A DNA stretch of 64,000 nucleotides from Octopus sinensis (GCF_006345805.1 NC_043007.1:12772001-12836000); one strand, 5' to 3'. Shown: positions 34,206 to 45,948, counted from the first letter of the stretch. Made by a program: numbers and translations. Notes: a model not told the origin generated them from the letters alone.

Positions 34206-36120
34206 ATCATCATCATCGTTTAACATCTGCTTTCCATGCTAGCATGGGTTGGATGATTTGACTGAGGACTAGCGAACCAGATGGTTGCACCAGGCTCCAA
34301 TAATGGACTTCTGTACAGTTTCCAATTTATTAATTCCACTTAGAAAGCTTTGGCTGGTCTGAGGCACCCAAATCCATGTGGTTACAAAAGGGAACTTTGT
34401 AACTACACATCCATATTTGCGCTCACATATAAGATGCACAGAAGTGAAGTCAAGTCACAGGCAGAGTATAGCAAGGGAGATAAACCTCATAGATGGCAGA
34501 TATACAAATGTTTATAAATATTTCTGCACCATGTGCTGTGTTTTTGCACAAAACAAAACCAGTATGCTAGCGGAGTTTAATGTGATGGCCTTGAATTTTT
34601 ACTCAGTAGTCCACACTGAAGTGGATCAAGGATAAAATTTCCAAAAGCCGAAACCCGGGTATGAGGATGTCCTAAACTGCATAATCTTTTATAGTTGCGC
34701 TTTTGGATGTATTAATTCTTTCCATTTCCTTGCCTGCTGTTATTTCTCCGTTATCTTGGTACTGTACAGTAGTTTAATCAAGACTTTAGCTCTTATTTCT
34801 AGCAGCATGATGTTTTTATGAATCCTTACACTTTGTGCTAATTTGTAAATTATAGCTAAATAATGCTATTTGCCTGCTGACCACCTATGCTGATGACTTT
34901 GTTCTAATGGCTGAGTCACTACTAGATCCAGAGGAGAAGTTTCAGGTGTGGAAGTAAGGTCTAGAATCACAGGGCCTTAGAGTCAATTTTAAATTTTATC
35001 CACATTGTAGTTGTGAGCCTCGTATCAGTAACACATAAAAAGCACCATCCGAATGTGGCTGATGCCAGTGCCGCCTTGACTGGCTTCCGTGCCAGTGGCA
35101 TGTAAAAAGCACCCACTACACTCTCGGAGTGGTTGGCATTAAGACGGACATCCAGCTGTAGAAACACTGCCAGATCAGATTGGGGCCTGGTGCAGCCTCC
35201 TGGCTTCCCAGACCCCGGTCGAACCGTCCAACCCATGCTAGCATGGAAAACAGACGTTGAACGATGATGATGATAAAAATATTAACAGTCGTAACATCTT
35301 ATTTCAAATTTTAGTGTTTGAATATTTTGTTTACATATGTACACACACACACACATATATATACATGCATGCATATATATACACACACATGTTTGCATGT
35401 ATATATATACACACACACACACATACATTGTCATCATCATCATCATCGTTTAATGTCCGCTTTCCATGCTAGCATGGGTTGGACGGTTCGACTGAGGGCT
35501 GGCAAGCCAGGAGGCTGCACCAGGCCAGTCAGATCTGGCGGTGTTTCTACAGCTGGATGCCCTTCCTAACGCCAACCACTCCGTGAGTGTAGTGGGTGCT
35601 TTTTATGTGCCACCGACACAGGTGCCAGACGAGGCTGGCGAACGGCCACGCTTGGATGGTGCTTTTTACGTGCCACCGGCACAGAGGCCAGGCCAGGCTG
35701 GCACGGTATATGTATGTATATGTATATATATATATCATCATCATATGTATGTATATGTATATATATATATATCATCATCATTGTTGTTGTTTAATGTCCA
35801 CTTTCTATGCTGGCATGAATTGGACGATTTGACTGAGGGCTGGCAAGCCAGGAGGCTGCGCCAGGCTCCAAACTCATCTGGCAAGGTTTCTACAGCTGAA
35901 TGCTCTTCCTAACACCAACCACTCTGAAACTGCAGTGGGTGCTTTTTACATGCCAACGGCACAAGGGCCAGTCAGGTGGCACTTGCACTGACCATGTTCA
36001 AATGGTGCTTTTCACGTACCACCAGCATGGGAGCCAGTCAGGAAGCACTGGCATCGTCCACACTTGAATGGTGCTTTTTATGTACCACAGGCATGGGTGC
36101 CTGTCAGGCAGTACTGGCAT
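33980..36120. mobile_element. Cluster of family B SINEs in both orientations (CRELD intron 2)
   Basis: Minus ~33980-34170 and 34205-34300, plus ~35020-35275, minus ~35430-35705 and 35765-36120. Confidence 0.75.
34888..34990 (+). mobile_element. RTE reverse-transcriptase fragment
   Basis: YADDFVLMAESLLDPEEKFQVWK*GLESQGLRVN, including the YADD catalytic motif. Confidence 0.75.
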
Positions 36121-37680
36121 CAGCCACAATAGAGATTTTACTTGACTAAATAGGTCTTCTCAAGCACAGTACATTACCTGACAATTGAACAGAACTCTTA
36201 AATGTAACTCTGGCATAGGCCATAGCCACAATCTCAGCTTGCCAGGTCTTCTCAAGCACAGCATATTTCCAAAGGTCTCGGTTGCTTGTCATTGCCTCAG
36301 TGAGGCCCAACATTCAAAGGTCGTGCTTCACCACCTCATCCCAGGTCTTCCTGGGTCTACCTCTTTCACAGTTAGAGATAGGCACTTCTTAACACAGCTG
36401 TCCTCATCCATTTGTAGCACATGACTATACCAGTGCAGTCATCTCTCTCACACACCACACCTGATGCTTCTTATGTCCAACTTTTCTCTCAGTGCACTTA
36501 CTCTGTCCTGTATGCACACTGACATTACACATCCAGTGGAGCATACTAACTTCATTTCTTGCAAACTTACACATGTCCTCAGCAGTCACAGCCCATGTTT
36601 CACTGCCATGTAGCATGGCTGTTCGCATACATGCATCATACAGTCTACCTTTCACTCTGAGCGAGAGGCCCTTTGTTACTAGCAGAGGCAGGAGCTGTCT
36701 GAACTTTGCCCAGGCTATTCTTATTCTAGCAGCTACACTCTCAGAGCATCTGCTCCCACTGCTGACTTAATCACCTAGGTAACAGAAGCTATTAACTACT
36801 AGTTTTTCCCCTGGCATGTGATGGAAGCTTTTCTCTGCACATTTTCAGTGTTTATTGCCCCTGTGCATCTGCCACGCACAAAATCTATCTTCCCAGTTAA
36901 CCTTCCTTTGATATTGCTGCACCTCTTATGTGTCCATAGCTTACACTGATTACATCTTATGGAGTTTCTACCTACACCTTTCCTACAGATCAAGCAGGGC
37001 CATCTACCTGAAGGGATTTGTGGTTTGTCTGCCTTCCTACTTACTAAGATTGGTTTTTGCTAGATTGACTCTAAGGCCCTTACTTCAACACATGAAACTT
37101 CTCCTCTAGATCTAGTAGTGACTCAGCTATTAGAGCAAAGTCATCAGCATAGAGGAGCTCCCTGGGGCAGCCTGTCTTGAACTCCTCTGTTATTGCCTGG
37201 AGGACTGATGAATAAGTGGGAGCTGAGGACTGATGCTTGGTGGACCCCTACTCCTACCTGGAATTCTTCACTATACTCGTTGCCAACCCTCATTGAAGTG
37301 AGGGACCCATGCTGGGTGCTTATGGGCCACCAATATGGGTGTGTTTACACAGCACTGGCATGAATGCATTTTATGGGGCAATGGCACCTGTAAAGGACCA
37401 GCCTGTATGTATGGATGACAGCGATTTTACTTAGCTTGGCATGTCTTCTCAAGTACACAAATTGCCACAACTCCCAGTCCCTTATTTCCTCAGCGAGGCC
37501 CAGCATCCGAAGATCTTGTCTCACCACTTCATCCCACGTCTTCCTGGGTCTACTCCTTCCCCAGGTTCTCTCCACTATTAGACCTCAGCACTTCTTTATG
37601 CAGCTGACCTCATCTACACACTTTACATGACCAAACCAGCAGAGTCTTCTCTATTGCACACGAGTATTTACCAAAATGAA
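36050..37680 (-). mobile_element. RTE-clade LINE, decayed 3' portion
   Basis: GCPRELLYADDFALIAES; CRKGVGRNSIRCNQCKLWTHKRCS (PHD-like insert); KGRLYDACMRTAMLHGSETWAV; RGRPRKTWDEVV-like tail duplicated. Confidence 0.88.
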
Positions 37681-37790
37681 GCAAACACAAAAAGCATATG
37701 TAAGAAACAAAAATCTGGACAAGCACCAGGCTGTTCATAGAAACAATTTCAAGATTCATCTCTCAACACAAAAAGATAAAAAAAGTCATG

Positions 37791-37973
37791 TAGGAGTGGC
37801 TGTGTGGTAAGTAGCTTGCTTACCAACCACATGGTTCCGGGTTCAGTCCCACTGCGTGGCACCTTGGGCAAGTGTCTTCTGCTATAGCCTCAGGCCAACC
37901 AAAGCCTTGTGAGTGGATTTGGTAGATGGAAACTGAAAGAAGCCCATTGTATATATATATGTATATATATATA

Positions 37974-38012
<39 letters not shown>

Positions 38013-38230
38013 GTGTGAGTGTGTGTCTGTGTTTGTCCCCACAACATCGCTTGACAACCGATGCTGGTGTGTTTACGTCCCCGTAACTTAGCGGTTTGGC
38101 AAAAGAGACCGATAGAATAAGTACTAGGCTTACAAAGAATAAGTCCTGGGGTCGATTTGCTCGACTAAAGGCGGTGCTCCGGCATGGCCGCAATCAAATG
38201 ACTGAAACAAGTAAAAAAGAGTAAAGAGTA
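37791..38230 (+). mobile_element. SINE family C, full length, 27 bp from CRELD exon 2 donor
   Basis: GGAGTGGCTGTGTGGTAAGTAGC head, (TA)n core, GATAGAATAAGTACTAGGCTT...GCATGGCCGCA...GAAACAAGTAAAA tail. Confidence 0.85.
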
Positions 38231-38257
38231 AAAAAAATGACAGGTTCAAATCCTTAC

Positions 38258-38340
38258 CTTAGAGCATAACTTCCAAGCTTATTTTCTTCCCAGTTGGTGT
38301 TACCACCTCCATAGTTACCTTTTGCAGTTCTTTTTAAACC
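38258..38340 (-). CDS. CRELD: CRELD exon 2
   Basis: GLKRTAKGNYGGGNTNWEENKLGSYAL(S) matches the family signature NFGGGNTAWEE. Acceptor TTATTCACAG, donor AG|GTAAGG; 83 nt, phase 0 to 2. Confidence 0.97.
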
Positions 38341-39088
38341 CTGTGAATAAACGGATGTTTTTGTTAAACTATAAACTAATGCACTTCTGAATACGGTTTG
38401 TGAATACATACAAATGATAAACAGAACAGCTCAAATGTTAGTAGAAAATCTGATTCAACAAATTCCGTCTGACCCATGCAGGCATAGAAGGTGTACGTTA
38501 AATGATGGTGCTAGAAACTTGCTTCTAAACCATGTGGTTAAGGGTTCAGTTCTCCTCTACAGCACTTTGGGAAAATGTTTTCTTTTATCGCCCAAAGCTT
38601 GTAATTGGATTTGGTAGATGGAAACCGAAAGAAGCCCATCACACATATACATATGTTTGTTTGTTTGTGTGTACCTTTGTCTTGATATTGTGTAAAGATT
38701 GTAAACGAGCATCATCGACATACAACCAATTTTTGTTTCCAGTCTTCTGTGAAAAACATGTCTAGTCAAGGGGAAATATCACCTTGATAGGAAACAGGTG
38801 AGGATACGTAACAGCGGGAAAGGTATTCGACTGGAGAAAATCTGTCTCAACAAATTCCGTCTGACCCATGCAAGCATGGAAAAAATGAACGTAAACTGCT
38901 TATATATATATATATATAATATATAATAATAATAATAATGAAATTATTGTATACAGTGCTCAGGTGCACCACAACTATATGTTTATATATATATACATGT
39001 GTGTGTGTGTGTTTTACACAGGTGAGCACATAAGTGCAAAACAAGATGGAAAAAATAGTACTCGAATACCAGAGGTAGAGTAATATGC

Positions 39089-39341
39089 TTTTTTTATTAA
39101 AGCTGTAAAATTATCGCAGAACTGGCCCGTTCGTCGGGCAGTTGTGATACTGAATTAAAATCGTGATTGTACATGTAATTCAAATACATGAATATTCGTG
39201 TATTTTGAAATATATCAAATAACAATATATTACATGCACAATCCCGATTTTAATTTAGTATTTTATCACAACTGTCCAACGAACGGGAACGTGAAACTAT
39301 CGGTTACAGCTCTGTGATAATTTTACTGCCTTAATAAAAAG
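39089..39341. mobile_element. Inverted-repeat element with Penelope-type hammerhead remnant
   Basis: Arms CCCGTTCGTCGGGCAGTTGTGATA... / ...TATCACAACTGTCCAACGAACGGG, plus outer inverted TTATTAA..GTAAAATTATC. 39272-39309 reads CTGT-CCAACGA-ACG(GGAA)CGT-GAAA-C...GTT-ACAG. Confidence 0.55.
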
Positions 39342-39364
39342 TATATATATATATATTAATGGTA

Positions 39365-39483
39365 AAGGCCGGTTTATGGGATTACATTAGGTTTCCAGTC
39401 CATAAAAGGTCTGGGTTTTGGGGATCTGACGATACACCATAAATCTAGACCCTTTATAGAGGGGACACCCATAAACCGGCCTT
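39365..39483. repeat. Inverted repeat (16-bp perfect outer arms)
   Basis: AAGGCCGGTTTATGGG / CCCATAAACCGGCCTT, with inner ATAAAAGGTCTGG / CTAGACCCTTTAT. Confidence 0.65.
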
Positions 39484-39553
39484 CCCCATTTTTAATGTAT
39501 ACTGCTCTACATCTTAGAGTGTGCTTCTTTCGGATTTACGTTTTCTACAAATG

Positions 39554-39588
<35 letters not shown>

Positions 39589-39594
39589 ATATTA

Positions 39595-39725
39595 TAGGGT
39601 GTCCCCAAAAAATGTATACACATAGTGGTTCGGCAAAAGAGAACGATAGAATAAGTACTAGGCTTACAAAGAATAATAAATTTACAATTATTTAAGGTGT
39701 GTATACATTTTTTTGGGACACCCTG
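39595..39725. mobile_element. Tc1/mariner MITE
   Basis: ~27-bp TIRs (C/T)AGGGTGTCCCCAAAAAATGTATACAC / GTGTATACATTTTTTTGGGACACCCTG. Confidence 0.75.
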
Positions 39726-40600
39726 TGTGTATGTATATATATATATATATATATATATAATGTATGTACAATGCCACAGTTCTTAATCTTATTTCTTCTC
39801 ACAAATAAGTTATATAGAATTCTAATTGAAAGATATTTTTTAATGTTTTTCATTAACGGCCAAGTTTGCTTACAATGGAACCAACTTTGAAGATTCTTTG
39901 GCAAAGACTATAAACCCAATGATATAATGGCTGATATTACGCATATATGTTATTAATTTTGACACGTCACTTTGTCACCTTACCGACTTAGGAACGTTCT
40001 AGTTGATTCGGGCAGGGTTTGACCCCAGAACTTTAAAACCGAAATATCCATTCAATGCCAATACACATTAAATGAAAGGTGGGGGGGGGAAAAAGCCAGC
40101 AAGTGTTAAATAAAAGCAAAAATGAATTAAAAATCCAAAGGTTATTTCGATACAAACGGACGGTCGTAAAAGGTAACAAAACAGCATAGAATGATAACAA
40201 AGTGGCATGTCTCTAAATAAACTTTAACCCCCCCAATATTGTTCTTCATTTGGGAGCTTGAATGAGAATCGAACTGACCAGTCCAACTGAATTCAAAGAC
40301 TCGTAATTCAGTTTCGCTCATCCTTCTTTCCAAAGCTACCGAAAGTTCAGCAACGGATTAACGACTTATTAAAATGTAAACAAAATTAGCAAGTTGGTCT
40401 TTATGAAAAGAAAATTTACGGCATGTAAATTGTATATTAGCTGAATCCCTTTAAGGGAGAGACTCTTTAATAAGTTTTTATTTGTATTTACCGTTCCGAT
40501 TCACCTGTGTGTGTTGTATATATATATATAGGTCCCGGGTTGAGTCGGGGTTAACCACAGTAAATAAGGTACTCAATACATAGCAGAGTAAATTAATTTA

Positions 40601-40650
40601 TTTTATAGAAGGAGCTTCTACAGGACCCTGTAGAAGCTCCTTCTATAAAA
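40601..40650. repeat. Perfect 24-bp hairpin with 2-nt loop
   Basis: TTTTATAGAAGGAGCTTCTACAGG-AC-CCTGTAGAAGCTCCTTCTATAAAA. Confidence 0.95.
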
Positions 40651-40842
40651 TAAAATATATATGTATATATATATATATATATACAACACATATATATATA
40701 TAAATTTAAAATGAGGGTAAGAAATTAGATATTAATTTAATTAACATCGATTTCACACCAGTGGTCTAGCATATATAAAAAAACTGAAGGTTCAGTAAAA
40801 TTGTATTATATACATAAGGGTGTCCACAAAGTGGTTTCCCTG

Positions 40843-40877
<35 letters not shown>

Positions 40878-41656
40878 TAATCCAAGCATGAAATGCCAAT
40901 CCATATTCGTGAGAATTGCCACATATGAAGTGAACATGATTATCCCTAAACAGCTCTGAAGATCGATCAATGAAAAATATATCAAATTCAACAAGCCCCT
41001 TTTTTGCTCTGTCATAGAGGTGTGTTGAAAATATATATATATATTTCATTTAAGCATTTTTATAAGATTCAAAAGAATTTTCTCTAAAAAATATGTTTTT
41101 AGTTTCGTTTTTAGTGATACAGTCTGATAATCAATCTTGTATTCTTGCTTTATCAATACTGACGGTCGAGTCGTTTCATCGATATTCATTTTACCTTGCA
41201 CTAATTTGTCAGTCCAGACGATATAATTACTGGTACTCATTTTATCAATCTCCTGAATATCGAAAGCTAAGTGAAACTCCGACAGGAATTGAACCTCAGA
41301 AACTGAACTAAAAAAATATATATATTTTCAAACGAAACAATCTTCCACACAACAAATCATCTTTATACTACACATTTCAACATCAACCAGTTTTAAATCA
41401 CCAGGTCGTGGCCATGCTGGAGCATCGCTATCAAAAAATGGTTCGTTAACTGGATTTAGGGGCGAGTGTATTTTAGCAAGACATATTTTAGATTTTAGAT
41501 CCGAAAGATGAAACAACGTATATGGTTGAAATGGAACCCACAAGTGGTAAGACCTGTTAGTGCTAAGAATTCTCATGGCAATGAATGGTATTTTGTTATA
41601 TGAAAACAATAACATTTTTTGATTCTCAACAGAACGTGTAAATAATACTGACTTAC

Positions 41657-41803
41657 CTCTCGATACCGCTCTTCGATATTACGACAAGCTTCACATTTTT
41701 TTATCATCGGATCCTCCTCTTTGGTGGAAGCATACACAGAAACCAAAAGGAAGACGAAGTTAATAGCTAAATATTTGCTCGATAGACTGTTCCAAAAATA
41801 CAT
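41657..41803 (-). CDS. CRELD: CRELD exon 1 (signal peptide + N-terminal CXXC)
   Basis: MYFWNSLSSKYLAINFVFLLVSVYASTKEEDPMIKKCEACRNIEERYRE: hydrophobic signal and CEAC matching the CHRC-type motif of CRELD. Donor GAG|GTAAGT at 41656, phase 0. Confidence 0.93.
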
Positions 41804-42173
41804 AATTGATTTATATAAAGTAACGATATATTATTTTTTTTATAAACAATGTGTAAACAGTGAATATATAGCTTTTTTTCCTTAGCAACAATAACAGAAC
41901 GATTTATTGTTGCTAAAATAACCTAAAATGTTACTGGGGGAAAAACAGTGTTGTGGGATGCAAGACTAGTCACTACTGCGTTTAAAGATTACTATTTTGT
42001 TTTATCCTCTGGGAAGAACTGTTATAAATGAGAGACATGACATCGAAGCAGGAAGCTTTTATTTCGTTGCTGTCCAGGTCTTGGAGGCAGCTTAAATGTT
42101 GATGCGAACATGACAATCATCACAAACAGACACAAATGTCCATGTGTACTGAAGACCGGTTGAAATCAAACAG

Positions 42174-42192
42174 CCAATCAGATTGCGCCACG
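42174..42192 (+). promoter_or_regulatory. ER stress response element (ERSE)
   Basis: CCAAT-cagattgcg-CCACG is an exact match to the consensus CCAAT-N9-CCACG, about 370 bp upstream of the CRELD ATG, in a locally CpG-containing patch. Confidence 0.75.
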
Positions 42193-42204
42193 ACGCTCTA
42201 CCGG

Positions 42205-42212
42205 TGACGTGT
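42205..42212 (+). promoter_or_regulatory. UPRE/CRE-like site TGACGTGT
   Basis: TGACGTG core (XBP1/ATF6/CREB-type), 12 bp from the ERSE. The last base deviates from TGACGTG(G/A). Confidence 0.5.
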
Positions 42213-42959
42213 TAAAATGTGAACCGACCTTTATCTAAACGATTTATGAGTGCCTTTTTCCTCTTTGCACCTTGACTTCGAATTTAAATAAATTATTCAT
42301 TTAGATTTTATTGTGTGTTTCTTTAAAATGAATTATTCATGTTCCCTCCGAACATTTTATGCAGTTTAATTTAGGTCATTATTAAAATTCAAGAAGCATG
42401 TTCTTTCTATTTTTTTTTAACATTGTCAATGACGTTAGGAAAGTCATCCAGCTGTAGAAACACTGCCAGATCAGACTGGAGCCTGGTACAGCCTCCTGGC
42501 TTCCCAGACCCCTGTCGAACCGTCCAACCCGTGCTAGCACGGAAAACGGACGTAAAACGATGATGATGATGAATGGTTTAAAGCCTCTTTTATCATAGGG
42601 TGAATTGGTTGGAAGTGTGTCTAATGCAACATCTCTCTTTGCATCTTGATCTGATTTTATCTTCTCAGTGAAACCCAATGCTCTCAATTCAAGTCTAGCG
42701 TTTCTCTCTTAAGTCCTTGGTCTAATTCTGCCACATGTGTGAAATTATCACCAGCTCACTTTTTTTTTTCCATGAACATGCATCATTCCATTCTCACGTA
42801 GTTGTCCATCTTACATACATCCACCGACACCTGTGATGCTCAGTTGCTTTCACAACTCACTCATGCTTTTTTGAAATAAATTAAATCTACACAACCAACA
42901 ATCTACAACAGCTTGGTCTTTTCCACTTGCATAATACTTCTTGTATGTTCTTCATATAA

Positions 42960-43349
42960 TCTATATATATAAAGCTGAAGTTGTCTGTGTATGGCAGGTT
43001 TGGTAGCCTTCAACTAACACTATCTCCTCCGAGACCCCGTGGTGCAAGTTGACCAAAATTGAGAGTATGATAGAAGAAGGCTTGCTCTTCCTTCTGTAGA
43101 AGAAAAAATTCAAATTGGATCATGTTAACACCAAAAATTATTTACATCAAAAAGGTGCTTTTTTTCTATGAAAATCCCTATTTTTTACGATTTTTTTACT
43201 GCTGTGTCGCCATTTTTCGGTGTATTTCAACCAGAAAAATGTTCACTTAAAGAGAATAACAAGCTACATAATGCAAAATTTTTACTTTTCAAAAATTCTA
43301 ATTCTAAAGGGTCGAAACAAACCCAAGCAACACCGGGTGATACTGCTAG
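42960..43349 (+). mobile_element. Non-autonomous Helitron-like element, copy 2
   Basis: A|TCTATATATATAAAGCTGAAG ... ACCCAAGCAACACCGGGT GATACTG CTAG|T. Confidence 0.75.
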
Positions 43350-43730
43350 TCAATTATAAAAGAGAGAATGAAACACTTTTCATTCCAAGAAATTGCAATT
43401 CCTTCATTAGTCTTCCATGAATCCTAACCTCTCTGCTATTACTCACAAAACTTGCACCCAGAAATTATACTCAACGTCCAAAATCATTCAAAAAATACTT
43501 GGCCTTCACTTCATGCATACTCATGCTGTTTGTTAAACTATTTTGGTAACTTGTGAATCTATAAGAAACCCCCACCTCATCAGTTCTTTTGTGTAGTGAT
43601 TGCTAGTATCACATATCTAGTATTTATGTTACCTAGATCCTTTCTCTTATTGAGCAAGGCCATTGCTATATTTTCTATAGGGTTTTTGTAATTCCTGCAA
43701 CTATATTAATTTTGGACTTTTTAACTTTAA

Positions 43731-43952
43731 CCCTTTTGTTACTGTGGTTATTTTGAGATGCTCTGTGTTTCTTTCAATTAATTTTAAATATAACAAAGAA
43801 TTTAGTAAAATAACTTAGTTATCATTCAGCTAGTGTTAGGAACATAAATTGTTACTAAGGTTTGATGTAAGATTTTAATTCAAAACTTATGAAAACGAGA
43901 CATTTGTACTCAGAGCCACAGCCGGTTTCAGCCGTTTTTGGTAACAAAAAGG
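43731..43952. mobile_element. piggyBac-type MITE
   Basis: TTAA|CCCTTTTGTTAC...GTAACAAAAAGG|TTAA. Confidence 0.75.
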
Positions 43953-44236
43953 TTAAGGCTTTTTTTCTCTCAAGCCCAGTCACCTCTGTTTGAAACATTT
44001 TCTAAAGTACTCAGCACATTCTACAATGACTACTAAGTTATCAAGCAAATATTCCGTTAGTAACTTAGTTTTAGAATTATTTTAGGGTTACCTCAAAGGT
44101 TAAAATGAATGGAAGACTCACATTCACATCAAATGCCATGCAAAAGCACCTCTGGTCACCTGAAACCAACAAGGCCATCTTTCCTTTCTATAAATCAATG
44201 TACCCCAAAGTTAGCCTCTATCTCTGCCAAGCTCTT

Positions 44237-44294
<58 letters not shown>

Positions 44295-45539
44295 CAATGA
44301 TACTTTGGAAATTGTACATTGTGTACCATTCACAAGAAGGGCAACCTGTCAGTAACAGGATGTAAGGTCTCTGGAACACTTGAGGGGTGCAGGTCTTATC
44401 CCGTTACATTAAATTATTTGTCGATAGGAAAACCAAGACTTCGAATAACTTCAACAGCATAAAAAATATTTATTTTTCTGGATACGCAATAATATATATA
44501 CATATATTTCCTTCAGGGCAAACCAGTAGCCATAGGCCATGGAGCTAGTCACAGTAGTTAAATGGTGTGAGCCAAATGCTGTCTCGTTCCAGTGTAGAGT
44601 GGCTTCTCCACATGTTGGCTTGCTTGGGAGAGCCGTGAGGACATATCCATTCAATTCAGCTGCAGCTTCGAAAGAGGTCAATCCAGCAGGAAATTTTGCT
44701 GTTGGTAGTTCTCTGTGCATGTGCATGAGGAAACTTCTAGCGGCATACTGGAAGAAATCCAACTCTGCACATGCGCGCTGAAGACTTCCAAAATGGCATC
44801 ACTACATGTCTGACCCACCACACCAACTATTGAGATATCATTCCCAGTAGTGTTGCAAGATTTTAAAGTTAGGATAAGCAAGCACACACAAAAAAGAAAA
44901 GGGTGCCATGACACACAACAAACAATTTTTAACTCATTTCTCTTATATTGCACAAAATATTTCATTAATTTCATGTTCATTATCAATGTCATTATTTATG
45001 AAATGCACAACTACTGACATAAGTGTGATGTGAAAAAGATGAAACACCACTGGACCGTCCAGTGTCAGGAGGTTATTACGTTGGGGTTTGTTTTGGTTCT
45101 TCAGACATCAGTGGCCACCAGTACATCACAGGAGATTGAGCTGACAGCTCAAAAACACGACTCCAGAAACTTCTTCCAAGGACAAGTGACTAATGAAAAA
45201 CAAGAGATTCAACTGTTATTGTACAAGTGAAGTAAAGAGGTAAAAAACATTGCTGTAAAGGCACCAATTTTTTTTTTTAAAAGTGCTTGGGTGATGGGGC
45301 AGCAGTTGCTCCTCTTACTCCCCTCTCAGCTACAACACTAATCATTCCTGCTTCCAACATCTCAAAGGTGTCAGAGATGGTCATTAAGAACTACAGTCTC
45401 TAACAAATTAAATCCATCTCCCTCCTTTATGACCCCAGGATAGCTTTCCTAAATCCAGATCTACTGGGTTTCTTAAATCCTTTCATACACGAGTAGACCA
45501 CTAGGTAAATGCTCACCTATGAACTCCATCCATCTCTCA

Positions 45540-45948
45540 TTTCTTTATTGCCCACAAGGGGCTACACACAGAGGGGACAAACAAGGACAGACAAAGGGAT
45601 TAAGCTGATTACATCGACCCCAGTGTGAAGCTTTTACTTAATTTATCTACCACGAAAGGATGAAAGGCAAAGTTGACCTCAGCAGAATTTGAAGTCAGAA
45701 CGTAGCAGCAGATGAAATACCTATTTCTTTATTACCCACAAAGGGCTAAACATAGAGGGGACAAACAAGGACAGACATAGGTATTAAGTCGATTACATCG
45801 ATCCCAGTGTGTAACTGGTACTTAATTTATCGACCCCGAAAGGATGAAAGGCAAAGTCGATCTCGGCGGAATTTGAACTCAGAACGACAGACGAAACACC
45901 ACAAGACATTTTGCCCAGCGAGCTAATGTTTCTGCCAGCTCACCGCCT
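45540..45948 (-). mobile_element. Family A SINE tandem dimer
   Basis: Reverse-complement head at ~45948; second unit joined at AAAGAAATA|GGTATTTCATCTG (45711-45730). Confidence 0.8.

Noticed and set aside
40950-40985. Hammerhead at CTGAAGA...GAAA
   Set aside because: Core-like words are present but stems I-III cannot be formed convincingly.
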